Positions 24,646 to 34,460 of a stretch of 64,000 nucleotides of DNA are shown in pieces. The position numbers and the translations under genes are program-made. Source of the DNA: Escherichia coli. GTDB lineage: Bacteria; Pseudomonadota; Gammaproteobacteria; Enterobacterales; Enterobacteriaceae. Positions within the stretch are counted from its first letter, which is position 1, and the number at the start of each line of letters is the position of its first letter. The stretch lies in assembly GCF_003334305.1 (NCBI RefSeq), contig NZ_QOWS01000018.1; one strand, written 5' to 3'. The notes beneath the pieces were generated by a model, which was not told the origin of the DNA, did not search any database, and saw only the letters and a program-made list of their open reading frames with translations.

Positions 24646-24873
24646 TTAAACGTTTTTACGTTCGATGGTCTGTTCGCCCCAAAAAAGCGAATCTTTATCG
24701 GTCTTAGCAAAGGCTTTGACTAACACTTCATCGCTACCTTCTTCCCAAATCTTTTCCGCCATTTTTTCGTCGTACCCGGCGACTTCGAAAATGGCCTCGG
24801 CTATTTCCGGCGACGTATTGCGCAGAGATGCCCATTCACCGACGTGATGAGCTTTCGCTTCTTGAGTTGGCAT
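24646..24873 (-). CDS. yccJ: Uncharacterised protein YccJ
   Basis: 75-aa ORF, synteny with wrbA. Confidence 0.85.
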
Positions 24874-24893
24874 GCGTATCCTCCTGTTGAAGA

Positions 24894-25499
24894 TTAGCCG
24901 TTAAGTTTAACTGCCAGACCTGCGACATATTCCCCTTGATAACGAGCAATAGACAGTTCTTCCTGGCTTGGCTGGCGTGAGCCGTCACCGCCTGCGATGG
25001 TTGTTGCGCCGTACGGCGTACCGCCGCGAACCTGTGAAACGTCAAATAATTCCTGCGCTGCGTAGCCAATGGGGACAATTACCATGCCGTGATGCGCAAG
25101 GGTCGTCCAGGTTGAAGTAATAGTTTGTTCCTGACCGCCGCCAGTACCGGTGGAACTAAAGACGCTCGCCAGTTTTCCGTATAGTGCGCCGGAAGCCCAC
25201 AGGCCGCCCGTCTGGTCGAGGAAGGTACGCATTTGACCGGACATGTTGCCAAAGCGGGTAGGTGTACCAAAAATAATGGCGTCGTAATCGGCCAGTTCTT
25301 GCGGGGTTGCAACCGGTGCAGTTTGCGTTTTACCGCCTGCTTTTTCAAATAATTGCGGCGGCATGGTTTCCGGTACACGCTTAACGACAACTTCTGCGCC
25401 ATCCACTTTGCTTGCACCCTCAGCGACTGCGCGTGCCATCGTTTCAATATGTCCGTACATGGAATAATAAAGCACTAGTATTCTTGCCTTAACACTCAT
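24894..25499 (-). CDS. wrbA: NAD(P)H:quinone oxidoreductase WrbA with an element-encoded N-terminus ([12 protein letters not shown] in place of the recalled K-12 MAKVLVLYY)
   Basis: 201-aa flavodoxin-like ORF; the first codons and the RBS (aggaga) lie in the inserted element, the rest is host wrbA. Confidence 0.9.
25469..25475. other. attL core candidate (AAAGCAC), left copy of the junction direct repeat
   Basis: Host wrbA sequence ends and element sequence begins right after this heptamer. Confidence 0.55.
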
Positions 25500-25550
25500 A
25501 TCATTGTTCTCCTGTTCAATGAACCACTTAGATAAGCATAGTCCGAAGAT

Positions 25551-27194
25551 ATGAAGCTGCTAGTGACATACATCAGGTGGAGTACTAAAGAGCAAGACTC
25601 AGGAGACTCCTTAAGACGACAAACAAACCTCATTGATGCTTTCTACTCTAAGCACAAAAACGATTATTACCTTCTTCCTGCTCACAGATACGTTGATAAG
25701 GGTAAATCTGGTTTTCACCAGCAACATAAGAATCAAGGTTCTGACTTCAGACGTATGTTTGAAAATGTTATGTCTGGGGCTATTCCAGAAGGTTCCCTGA
25801 TTGTTGTAGAGAACTTTGACCGCTTCAGTAGGGCTGATATCGACACAGCTATAGATGATGTCAGGCAGATACTGAGGAAGGGAGTCTCTATACTGACTCT
25901 GGGAGATGGTGAACTCTACGACAAGTCAGCATTAACAGACCCTGTGAAGCTGATTAAGCACATCATCATAGCTGAGCGAGCACATCAGGAATCTCTTGTT
26001 AAACAAAAGCGTATAGCTCAGGTCTGGAACCATAAAACACAGCTTGCAAGAGAACTTAAGAAGCCTATGGGTAAGCAAGCCCCCGGATGGTTAGAGCTAT
26101 CAGAAGACGGTTCACACTACATCGTTGATGAAGATAAAGCGTCACTGGTGAATATCATCTATGACAAGCGTCTTTCTGGTATGTCGATGTTTGCTATCTG
26201 CAAATGGCTAAACGAACAAGGTTACCCGACCATTAATCAGCGTAAGGTCAGAATATCCAAGACTAAGAAACCGGATGGTAACTGGTCAGCTTTAAGCGTT
26301 AAACACATCCTGACTTCACGAAGTGTATTAGGTTACCTTCCCGCTAAGATTTCTACAGAAGACCGTAAAACAGTGTTACGTGAAGAAATTGAAGGGTTCT
26401 ATCCTCAGATTGTCACAGATTCTAAGTTTTACGCTGTACAGCAACTGTTAGAGGAAACAGGGAAGGGGAAAACATCCAGCGGTGACCACTGGTTATACGT
26501 GAACATACTGAAGGGGCTTATCCGTTGTAAGTGTGGGCTTGTAATGACTCCTACAGGGATACGTAAACCCGTTTATCAAGGTACTTACCGTTGCAATGGT
26601 AATAAGGAGTCCCGTTGTAGCTACGGTACAGTGTCCAGAAAGTTACTTGATACACAGCTTTGTAGTCGTCTGTTTAGCAAACTGTCACAGCTACACGATG
26701 AAGCTACCGATACAGCTAAATTAGATGAACTACAAAGAAGATTAAACACCGTTGATGGTGAACTGGAAAAACTCACTGAGACGCTGATACAGCTTCCTAA
26801 CATCACTCAGATTCAAGAAGCACTACGGGTTAAACAGGAAGAAAAAGATGAACTGATAGTTCAGTTATCACGAGAAAAGGCGAGGGTAAAATCTGTATCA
26901 AGCTTGGATTTAAGCGGTCTTGATATGGAGTCTGTAGAGGGGAGAACTGAAGCCCAGATTATCATTAAGCGTCTGGTGAAAGAGATTGTTGTTTCTGGTA
27001 ATGAAAAGCTGGTGGATATATATCTTCACAATGGAAATATGATTCGTGGTTTCCCTCTTGATGGTAAAGATGACCACACCTTAACGCTTGAAGAAGCAAC
27101 CGATGAGATGCAGTCACTAGATGATATGCTTATTTTTGGTGAACCAGTAACAAGGATTTATCCTGCTGGTGATATGGAAGAGGTGGACGCTTAG
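25551..27194 (+). CDS. Large serine recombinase (integrase candidate)
   Basis: 547 aa; N-terminal resolvase-type catalytic motif YIRWSTKEQ (catalytic Ser), Cys-rich zinc-ribbon region (CKCG...CNGNKESRC) and coiled-coil segment typical of large serine recombinases; gene abuts the junction. Confidence 0.85.
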   Translation: MKLLVTYIRWSTKEQDSGDSLRRQTNLIDAFYSKHKNDYYLLPAHRYVDKGKSGFHQQHKNQGSDFRRMFENVMSGAIPEGSLIVVENFDRFSRADIDTAIDDVRQILRKGVSILTLGDGELYDKSALTDPVKLIKHIIIAERAHQESLVKQKRIAQVWNHKTQLARELKKPMGKQAPGWLELSEDGSHYIVDEDKASLVNIIYDKRLSGMSMFAICKWLNEQGYPTINQRKVRISKTKKPDGNWSALSVKHILTSRSVLGYLPAKISTEDRKTVLREEIEGFYPQIVTDSKFYAVQQLLEETGKGKTSSGDHWLYVNILKGLIRCKCGLVMTPTGIRKPVYQGTYRCNGNKESRCSYGTVSRKLLDTQLCSRLFSKLSQLHDEATDTAKLDELQRRLNTVDGELEKLTETLIQLPNITQIQEALRVKQEEKDELIVQLSREKARVKSVSSLDLSGLDMESVEGRTEAQIIIKRLVKEIVVSGNEKLVDIYLHNGNMIRGFPLDGKDDHTLTLEEATDEMQSLDDMLIFGEPVTRIYPAGDMEEVDA

Positions 27195-27979
27195 TATTTT
27201 TTATTAGGGTTCACTGAGTACTTTTTAAGCTTTGAAGCTACTCGACCAGCGTTACTATTAGCATTGGTGACGTTGGTTTTTTCAGCTTCTGTTAAGTCTG
27301 AATAGTCCAGCTTCCAAGCCTTATTACACTTAATCTGAGCATCGAGAATATCATTTCTGATAGCTGGAGCGTAACCGGATACATCGCTAATACTCATTAG
27401 CTCTTTGCACGATAGCATAGGCGCGTTATTGCGTTCAGTGGTCACGTTACCTGCATTCTTCTTACTGGTCACACCACCATCATTCGTAGTCGCGGCTTTT
27501 CCAGTTGCAGCCGAGATATCAGTCTGCCCCACAACAGCTTTGAAGTTAATTTCCTGAAAAGTTAGTTGGATTCTTAATCCGTTTGAAATTCCAACATCTT
27601 TAGAGGCTTTAAAACTTGTGATAATGGAATCATCAATTTTAATTCCGTCTTTACAGATGACAGAAATAATCTGCTTCTGGTCACGCCAGTTTTCCAGAGT
27701 GTCAATGAAGTTCTCTACTAATTGACCCTGACGAGTTAATAGTAAGCTTCCTTCATAACCAACTACAACGACACCACTGATAGTGATTGTTCTGGGTGCT
27801 CTTTGAACATTATCTGTGACGGTTTGCCCTGATTGCATGTTCTGTGTAGTCACCTGCATAGGGCTATCAAATTCCATATTTTCAGTTGCTGATAAGGTTA
27901 AGAAGGCATCTACATTATCTCTTAAGTGGAAGTAAACGCCATCTTTGCCACTGTAGCGGATTTGATTGCTAAAAATCAT
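27191..27979 (-). CDS. Hypothetical protein, possibly distal-tail (Dit)-like phage tail component
   Basis: Follows the tape-measure-like gene in the canonical order; start taken at the second Met (MIFSNQ), which has an AAGGAG RBS; homology not verified. Confidence 0.35.
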   Translation of the reverse strand: MIFSNQIRYSGKDGVYFHLRDNVDAFLTLSATENMEFDSPMQVTTQNMQSGQTVTDNVQRAPRTITISGVVVVGYEGSLLLTRQGQLVENFIDTLENWRDQKQIISVICKDGIKIDDSIITSFKASKDVGISNGLRIQLTFQEINFKAVVGQTDISAATGKAATTNDGGVTSKKNAGNVTTERNNAPMLSCKELMSISDVSGYAPAIRNDILDAQIKCNKAWKLDYSDLTEAEKTNVTNANSNAGRVASKLKKYSVNPNKKY

Positions 27980-28059
27980 TAAATTCTCCTTTGATTTCAA
28001 AGGCTTAGTGTATTTTAATCATTTTTAACCAAGCCTTTGATATATAAGTATTTTCTCTG

Positions 28060-28128
28060 TTAAGCGTGAGCTACGTAAATTCTATTTTTCAGTGCGGGTA
28101 TTAACTTTGCTTTATTCACGTAGAACAC
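28060..28128. repeat. Direct repeat copy A (69 bp, internal dyad GCTACGT...ACGTAGC) upstream of the Dit-like gene
   Basis: ttaagcgtgagctacgtaaattctatttttcagtgcgggtattaac... about 88 percent identical to copy B. Confidence 0.75.
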
Positions 28129-28135
28129 CGTTAAA

Positions 28136-30304
28136 TCAATCATCTTCTGGGAATGATGAACTTAATAACGTAGCTTCTGCATATTGGTCGTAGATATTAC
28201 TGCTAAAGGTCATAAAGCTGGTTTCATCTGGTTTAATGGCAACTTCACCACCAAGTGAAACTTTCACAGGCTCCTGAATACGCTTACTTAAAGCAGAGAT
28301 TTCATCCCTCAGACCCTGAATATCTGCACTCGTTAATGCTGAATCTTGCTTAATGTTGTTTAATTCTGGATGATTGAATCTTGCAATATTCATTGTGGCA
28401 TTGTTAAACAATTCACCCATTGAACTAAAAATTCTACTCCATCCTTCGTTAATCACATTCGGTTTATTAGGGTCACCAGAATACACAGGATTAAAGTCAC
28501 TACCCACACCTACCCCAGATGGATGCATATTAGCGTTTTTGACTACTTCCTGATTCATAAAATCCAGTGCTTTCTTCAATGCATATAAACCAAGAGTGAC
28601 ACCTCTGATTTGTGGAATCATTGAAGCTAATGCTAACGCTGTTTCATAACCGTCATCAGCATAACCAATTGCAAGAGCACTACCTACACCACCAGCTACA
28701 CCTTTCAGTTTTCCACCACCTTTACCAGTAGCTACCTGACCAGCCACCTGATTAGCTCTTGTACCTAACGTTGTGATTGCTCTTGTCAGGTTCATAACCC
28801 CTGTAGTAGCACTGAATAGTGTCTTTGCAGATAACGCTATAGCAAGACCTTTGACGAAGTTGATAAATCCATCACCGACTTCATCAAGTAGCTTTCGCTT
28901 AGTGTCATCAAGGCTGTAATAGGTCTTCTTAATCTGTAGAATCCAGCCTTCAAGGTGATTGTTAAAGATACGGATGTCATCTACACCAGCTTTAAGCATG
29001 TCGATAAGTCCACCGATAGCATCACCAGCGATAGAAGAACTCATACCCATTTCACTAAGCAGGTTACTCAGGCTGGATAAGAAGCCATTTAGCTCATCCT
29101 GTGAACCTGAGAAGATTTTCACCATCGTATCATCCCAGTTGTTAGCCAGTTTCCCTAAAGCTGTCTGAGTGCTCTTAGCGACTTCAGCCCAGCCACCCGC
29201 TTTATCAATCATCAAGCCCATCTGTTTAGCGACTTTAGGGAGAGTATCACTACTTAAAATCTTCCCGTCTTTCATCGCTTTATCAAGCTCTGTAGCAGTC
29301 ATACCCAGTGCTTCAGCGAATAGCTTAAATGCACCAGCCATACGGTCACCTAACTGACCACGAAGCTCTTCAGCCTGAATCTTGCCCTTGCTCGCCATCT
29401 GCTCAAATGCTTTCAAAATGCCGTTTAGCTCATCGTTAGAAAGCCCCATTAAGCGACTCATAGCCGTTGCATTACCAAATAGCTCCTGTGTCTGTTCCTG
29501 TGACATAGAACCCTGAGCACCTGCTGCAAACTTAGCGTAGCTTGATAGCCCTTCAGAGATATTAAGACCTGTCTTGTCTGCTAAATTTCGAATAAATACC
29601 TCAGCTTCAGATGCTTTATCACCAAGTACAAACTTAGCGGCTCTCTGTGCGGAATCTCGTTTAAGACCTGCATTCATGATGGCCTTGTAAGCGTTAAGAG
29701 CACCCATCACAGAGTAAAATGCACCAGATAACTTGATTGCATTGCTTGCAAGATTATTAAATGCGTCGCTTGTATTGTTAATGCTGGTGGATGTATGACC
29801 TTTAGCTTTAGCAATTGCTTCTCTGACTGAAGCATTTAACTGAGTCAGCTTCTCATTGAATTTTGAAGAATCCATTGACCCAGCTTTAGCAGATAGCCCG
29901 TAAAACTGAGATTTGATGTATTTCTGCAAAATAGGGTCAAAGCCTTTTAGCTTAGACATATTAGCTGAGTAAGCCGCTGTGATTGCTCTGTTGCCGCTAA
30001 TTCGTGGCTGTCTTGGTTGTCTAAGTGGCTTTAAAGTGTCATCAATTTCCGTTTTAATCTTAAACGCTCTAGTGTTTTTAAGACGCTGCTCAATCTTGGA
30101 AACAGTTTTATCGACATTCTTTTCCATTAGTTTGAGAGAATCATTTAAAGGCGTAGGGTTAACTCTGAATGCCTTATTTAGTCGTTTCTCAATTCTTGAT
30201 GCGATTTGCATCGTTTGTTTCTCGGCTTTTTCCAAGCCTTTTAAAACTTTCTGAGAGCTAAAACTTAGCTCAATCAAAAAATCATCAACTTTAAATTGTG
30301 CCAT
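28136..30304 (-). CDS. Tape-measure-like protein (phage tail length tape measure family candidate)
   Basis: 722 aa; coiled-coil N-terminus, central region resembling the tape-measure core (...AEELRGQLGDRMAGAFKLFAEALGMTATELDKAMKDG...), Gly-rich hydrophobic segments. Confidence 0.55.
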   Translation of the reverse strand: MAQFKVDDFLIELSFSSQKVLKGLEKAEKQTMQIASRIEKRLNKAFRVNPTPLNDSLKLMEKNVDKTVSKIEQRLKNTRAFKIKTEIDDTLKPLRQPRQPRISGNRAITAAYSANMSKLKGFDPILQKYIKSQFYGLSAKAGSMDSSKFNEKLTQLNASVREAIAKAKGHTSTSINNTSDAFNNLASNAIKLSGAFYSVMGALNAYKAIMNAGLKRDSAQRAAKFVLGDKASEAEVFIRNLADKTGLNISEGLSSYAKFAAGAQGSMSQEQTQELFGNATAMSRLMGLSNDELNGILKAFEQMASKGKIQAEELRGQLGDRMAGAFKLFAEALGMTATELDKAMKDGKILSSDTLPKVAKQMGLMIDKAGGWAEVAKSTQTALGKLANNWDDTMVKIFSGSQDELNGFLSSLSNLLSEMGMSSSIAGDAIGGLIDMLKAGVDDIRIFNNHLEGWILQIKKTYYSLDDTKRKLLDEVGDGFINFVKGLAIALSAKTLFSATTGVMNLTRAITTLGTRANQVAGQVATGKGGGKLKGVAGGVGSALAIGYADDGYETALALASMIPQIRGVTLGLYALKKALDFMNQEVVKNANMHPSGVGVGSDFNPVYSGDPNKPNVINEGWSRIFSSMGELFNNATMNIARFNHPELNNIKQDSALTSADIQGLRDEISALSKRIQEPVKVSLGGEVAIKPDETSFMTFSSNIYDQYAEATLLSSSFPEDD

Positions 30305-30322
30305 TGTTCATATTTCACCTCT

Positions 30323-30390
30323 TTAAGCGTGAGCTACGTAAATTCTATTTTTCAGTGTGGGTATTAGCTTTACAGATTTCACGTAGCACA
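30323..30390. repeat. Direct repeat copy B upstream of the tape-measure-like gene
   Basis: ttaagcgtgagctacgtaaattctatttttcagtgtgggtattagc...cacgtagcacac. Confidence 0.75.
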
Positions 30391-30505
30391 CATAGGATTC
30401 GATAGAAGACTATCTCATATACAAAAAAGGAGAGTTACCGATGTCACTCGATAATCTCTCCCGTAGATTTTTACCCAACCAATTCTATTAGAAGCTAATC
30501 TCAAA

Positions 30506-30721
30506 TTAATGGTAAACGTAAGAATACATCCCATCATCACCTAAAATCTGTGCGTCACATGGTAATTTATCTAAGCACCATGAAGGAATCTTACGTACCT
30601 TTGGTTTATGTGAGGTGATAACTTGATGCTGATTTTTAATTCGTAGCTTTGGTTTAGTCTGAAGCTTTAAGTTCTCACAAACAGACTTAATAAGTTCATA
30701 GCGTTCTGTTAAATCAATCAT
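30506..30721 (-). CDS. Hypothetical small basic protein
   Basis: 71-aa ORF co-oriented with neighbouring element genes; no recognisable motif. Confidence 0.4.
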   Translation of the reverse strand: MIDLTERYELIKSVCENLKLQTKPKLRIKNQHQVITSHKPKVRKIPSWCLDKLPCDAQILGDDGMYSYVYH

Positions 30722-30744
30722 TCACCACCTCTTTTAATTCATAG

Positions 30745-31455
30745 TTAAAGTGCCTTGCTATATTTCTGAGAAATCTTCACTAACTGCTCAATATCAGCCT
30801 GCATAGCAATCTTCTTCTGCGTTTCATATGCAGAAATAAGCTCTTTCATAGCCTGAAGCTCTCTTGAGAGATACAACTTAACATTTTCAAGTTGCTTGTT
30901 ACGTGATGCCAAGATGTTCTGTCTGGCAAGTTCAGCGAGTTCTTCATCGCTCTTATTAGTCGTGTAAATAAACTGACCAGCACCCCTTGAAGCTTTAACC
31001 ATCTTCACAATTCGATATCCAGCAGGAAGACTACTAATCACGGCTGCGACGTTTTCTTGAAAAGTACCAAAACCATCATTGTCTTCGTATGTGAAGTAAA
31101 CATACGGCTTCTGTGACAATTCATCCTGAATCTCAAATTCTGACGGCTCAATAGCTGATTGCATCAGGGTAACTTTACTGTAAGCATCATCTAGTTTAAT
31201 ACGCTGTGCTTTTAGCAGTGGGTAATATTCACGCTCAAGCTCAAGTAATGCTTCAGTTTTGCATACATCAGGCATCTCTTGAGGCTCAGGAGACACAAAG
31301 ATGATTTCCTTTGGTGACATTCGGATTTCTTGCTCAAGCTTAATTCTTTCATCGTGTTCTTTACGCTGAATAGCGATAGCTGGATGTTCAGTCTGTGGCG
31401 ACCAGTCACCGAAGCTATCAATCACTTTGCCATTAATGTAAATATCATTTGTCAT
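30745..31455 (-). CDS. Hypothetical protein with C-terminal coiled coil
   Basis: 236-aa ORF with a good RBS (aagagga); no recognisable domain. Confidence 0.5.
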   Translation of the reverse strand: MTNDIYINGKVIDSFGDWSPQTEHPAIAIQRKEHDERIKLEQEIRMSPKEIIFVSPEPQEMPDVCKTEALLELEREYYPLLKAQRIKLDDAYSKVTLMQSAIEPSEFEIQDELSQKPYVYFTYEDNDGFGTFQENVAAVISSLPAGYRIVKMVKASRGAGQFIYTTNKSDEELAELARQNILASRNKQLENVKLYLSRELQAMKELISAYETQKKIAMQADIEQLVKISQKYSKAL

Positions 31456-31933
31456 TGTTTTTTCCTCTTCTAAGCTAAAGTATTTCAGTTTTTAAAAAGC
31501 ACACCTGACAGCCTATCTAAACTTAGAAGAGACTTAAAAGGCGGTTTGCCAAGTATGCTTTTTAAAAGCTGAAAAAGCCCTAGATAACTAAAACGCTATA
31601 AAGGGCTAAGGTGAAGAAATTAAAACATCTAAAGGATTCAATAACGAATGAACAAAGACTTTTCGAGATAGCCTCTCAGGTTGTATAAGAGGCCATGTAG
31701 CGAAAAGCATTGCACCTTTCAGAATGTTCGGTATAGAACATACCTCACCAACTCAGAATATCCATCCATCGGATTATTGAAATAAATAAGAGAGAAATTC
31801 TCTCTATAATTAAAATTATGTCATGCTTAAGGTTATTTGTCAACAGCTTTTTAACAGATTGGTAACATTTATACTTTAATAGATGCACCTGCAATCATAC
31901 CAATCAACACAAAACAGAGAATCACCAATTCCA

Positions 31934-32257
31934 TTAATGCACCACCTTCGAATCCGTAACCAGAATATTATCGCTGTACAAAATTGCTATAGCCGCCTTG
32001 AGATATTTTTCAGGGCTAACGCTGTATTTGTTCGTTTGCTCGACAACCAATCTTTTCATGTTGCTGTCTTTAATTGGTAGCATCATTCGAGGCTCGTTAA
32101 ACTCCACCGACTGAATAAAGTCAGAGATGCTTTCCGCATTATCAGTCATTAACTCTAACAACTTATCAAAGTCAATGCTAACACCTACATCAGTGAAAGC
32201 CTGAATCATCATGGCGGTGTCGGTATCAATAAAAATCTGTAATTCGTAATTGTTCAT
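31934..32257 (-). CDS. Hypothetical acidic protein
   Basis: Start taken at the ATG (MNNYELQIF) preceded by AAGGAG; the track ORF begins at an upstream TTG. Confidence 0.45.
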   Translation of the reverse strand: MNNYELQIFIDTDTAMMIQAFTDVGVSIDFDKLLELMTDNAESISDFIQSVEFNEPRMMLPIKDSNMKRLVVEQTNKYSVSPEKYLKAAIAILYSDNILVTDSKVVH

Positions 32258-32412
32258 TTTTAAAATCTCCTTTTTACCAGACCTCCTCAATCGCTCTGTA
32301 ACGAGCTAAACAGTCTTTTTCAGGGGTAGCCTGTACAGTGGTATTACCCACCCTAAAATAAGATAGTTTTTTGCGTCAGAATGCGATTGAGAGCGTCTGA
32401 GAAGCTGTTTTT

Positions 32413-32700
32413 CTAATTTCTCTTAAAGTCTCGGACTTGCATAAGATTTTTTGGTCTGGTATCGGCTCTGTTACCATTTCGATGGATAATTTGCTTGTTG
32501 GATTGATAGCCATGATAAAGAAACCAGACAACATATTTCACGTAGAAAGTATATCGGCCTATATTAAATGTTTTGTTGCCGTAGTCGTCGGTGTTTATCG
32601 TGACTGACTCTCCATCAGACCAGCACAGGGAATCACTGGATTCATCATAGATAAGGTGTTCTGCAAAATATCTTCTAACATCTTCATTCCAAGGTTTCAT
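32413..32700 (-). CDS. HNH endonuclease-like protein
   Basis: 95 aa; C-terminal IIHRNGNRADTRPKNL resembles the HNH core (I-H-x-N/D-G-N-x-x-D-N-R-x-x-N-L) of phage HNH nucleases. Confidence 0.5.
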   Translation of the reverse strand: MKPWNEDVRRYFAEHLIYDESSDSLCWSDGESVTINTDDYGNKTFNIGRYTFYVKYVVWFLYHGYQSNKQIIHRNGNRADTRPKNLMQVRDFKRN

Positions 32701-32912
32701 AAAACCTCCTCACCCCAATAACCTAATTCAATCTTGTGACGCTCAAACCATTCCGGTTTAACTGCTGTTTTCAGTACTTCATTTGGGCCAATGGCTTTAA
32801 TGAAAATATCTTTTGAGTTATGGATGTCACCGAATCCGTTTCCTTCAATCAGGAGGTCGGAGATGTAGCGAATCATTTTATCCGTGTGGTATTCAAAGGT
32901 AACGCATAGCAT
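32697..32912 (-). CDS. Hypothetical protein
   Basis: 71-aa ORF with start/stop overlap to both neighbours (operon-like coupling). Confidence 0.4.
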   Translation of the reverse strand: MLCVTFEYHTDKMIRYISDLLIEGNGFGDIHNSKDIFIKAIGPNEVLKTAVKPEWFERHKIELGYWGEEVL

Positions 32913-33193
32913 TAAACCTCCAGAGACAGCTTGTGAATCTTAAGACTCAATAGACGGGCAATATCAATTTTAAAGCCGTTAAGTCCCTTCAAAGTATCTA
33001 AAGCGTCCTGAGTAATTCGGATGTGTTTACGACCTTTAGAGACTGGATATTTAAGTAAATCCGACTCAGTAACCTCTTTAGCAATTGCAAGCTGCATAAC
33101 AGTCTGATGAGGTAAGTTAGTAGCTCGTTTAATTCTGGCAAGCTCGTTAAAAGCTTCCTCTGAAATGCGGGTTAAAGTGTGTTTGTTTTTCAT
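32912..33193 (-). CDS. Putative ribbon-helix-helix DNA-binding protein
   Basis: N-terminal HTLTRISEEAFNELARIKRATNL pattern (beta-strand then helix) typical of Arc/MetJ/CopG-type regulators. Confidence 0.4.
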   Translation of the reverse strand: MKNKHTLTRISEEAFNELARIKRATNLPHQTVMQLAIAKEVTESDLLKYPVSKGRKHIRITQDALDTLKGLNGFKIDIARLLSLKIHKLSLEV

Positions 33194-33194
33194 T

Positions 33195-33749
33195 TTAAAA
33201 TTCCTCTGTAACTAAATACGGGTCAAATTCAAAGTCTGGTTCACTGGTTGTAAGGCTGATATTTCCAACTTCCGCATGATGATTAATTGTCTCAATAACT
33301 TTCATGCAAATAGTGGCTAAGTTAGCGCAATATTTATCACTTGGTAATTCGTAGCTAAGTCTGGTTGCTTGTCTTTGAAGATGGCTCGTCACTGTGCTTG
33401 AACTAATCTCATCAAGACTTCGCAGTAAATAAAAAACCTTCCGGTGATAATTATCTCTTCCAAGACTGCGACAAGTACCGATAATTACATCTTCAATTCG
33501 TGGCGGTAATTGCTCGTAAGAATCAAAGCCCATCAAGAAAGTTTTTAAAGTATTCTCTTTTTCTTTGCGTGCTGGCATAAATCTGTCTCGTGGCGTAATG
33601 CTACGAATGACCGCTTCAATGTTCTTACGTTCGGATTTGCTAAAGGTTGGGACTTCGTAGCTGGTGGGGGTGTCTGTGTGGCTGTAACCGTTGTGTCTGT
33701 TGCGTTCTCTTGATGCCTGAAGCATCGCTCTAAATTCTCTGTCGTTCAT
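33195..33749 (-). CDS. Hypothetical protein (first gene of the leftward operon)
   Basis: 184-aa ORF with no recognisable domain. Confidence 0.45.
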   Translation of the reverse strand: MNDREFRAMLQASRERNRHNGYSHTDTPTSYEVPTFSKSERKNIEAVIRSITPRDRFMPARKEKENTLKTFLMGFDSYEQLPPRIEDVIIGTCRSLGRDNYHRKVFYLLRSLDEISSSTVTSHLQRQATRLSYELPSDKYCANLATICMKVIETINHHAEVGNISLTTSEPDFEFDPYLVTEEF

Positions 33750-33850
33750 TCATAAGCTAGTCCTTATAATTGTTAATTCTCTGTTAACTTATATATACAA
33801 TACTAGCATTTTCAAAGACTAATGTCAAGCATTTTTTAACATTTCATTAA

Positions 33851-33866
33851 CATCTGTGGTATAATG
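33851..33866 (+). promoter_or_regulatory. Candidate extended -10 promoter (TGgTATAAT), rightward
   Basis: ctgTGgTATAATgg in the divergent region between the 184-aa gene and the small membrane ORF. Confidence 0.45.
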
Positions 33867-33992
33867 GTTCTATGGGGAGAGTAAAATATAAAGGCGTGGC
33901 TATGAGGTTTATTCGATAGGGGTTGGTACAAGCCCAACCAACCGAATCAACTATGTATGTCACATGGTATTGCATTGCACACAGGAAATTTA

Positions 33993-34169
33993 ATGGTAAA
34001 TCTCCCTCCTGAACTGGGGTCACCTGATGTATGGGCTGGTGGAGGTATCGGGCTGATTGCAGGTCTGTTACTCCGCTACGTCCTTGTCAGAGTGCTTGTT
34101 GTGTTCCGATTGTTCGGTCGTACATGGACGCTTGACCTTAAGGATAATGAGCACACAGAACCCCGTTAA
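33993..34169 (+). CDS. Small single-pass membrane protein (58 aa from the RBS-preceded ATG)
   Basis: Hydrophobic stretch GGGIGLIAGLLLRYVLVRVLVVF; AGGAAA RBS before the MVNLPPEL start. Confidence 0.35.
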   Translation: MVNLPPELGSPDVWAGGGIGLIAGLLLRYVLVRVLVVFRLFGRTWTLDLKDNEHTEPR

Positions 34170-34211
34170 GCTCCCTTCAAATCCCCCTGTACGAGATGGC
34201 ATAGGGGTGTC

Positions 34212-34250
34212 TTTAGCATTTTGTGCTATCTATTAAAAAATAACTTGACA
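34212..34250. promoter_or_regulatory. Operator-like dyad TAGCA-N5-TGCTA followed by ACTTGACA (module 1)
   Basis: tttagcattttgtgcta ... acttgacagaa. Confidence 0.45.
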
Positions 34251-34289
34251 GAACCGGAAAGCTGTATCTATCAGGTATTCACCTCTCTG

Positions 34290-34460
34290 ACAGTAACTTC
34301 TAAAAGTTCTTATTTTTCAATGAGTTGTAATCACCCATATATAGAGAACTGACAAGTCTCTTCACAATTAACTCTGTAACCTTAACAGTGATTTCTAAAA
34401 ATGCTTATTTTTCAATAAGTTGTAATTAGCCATATATAGAGAACTGACAAGTCTCTTCAC
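34290..34460. repeat. Two tandem copies of a 76-bp direct repeat (period 95 bp) in ORF-free DNA
   Basis: acagtaacttctaaaagttcttatttttcaatgagttgtaatcacccatatatagagaactgacaagtctcttcac versus the second copy, about 88 percent identical. Confidence 0.8.

Noticed and set aside
34290-34460. Tandem direct repeats as a possible CRISPR array
   Set aside because: Only two copies, 76-bp units with a 95-bp period, no spacer-like unique inserts of CRISPR dimensions and no cas genes in the window
34290-34460. Type III toxin-antitoxin (ToxIN-like) RNA repeat array
   Set aside because: Repeat length and period do not fit the roughly 34-36-nt antitoxin repeats, and no toxin ORF follows the array on the same strand
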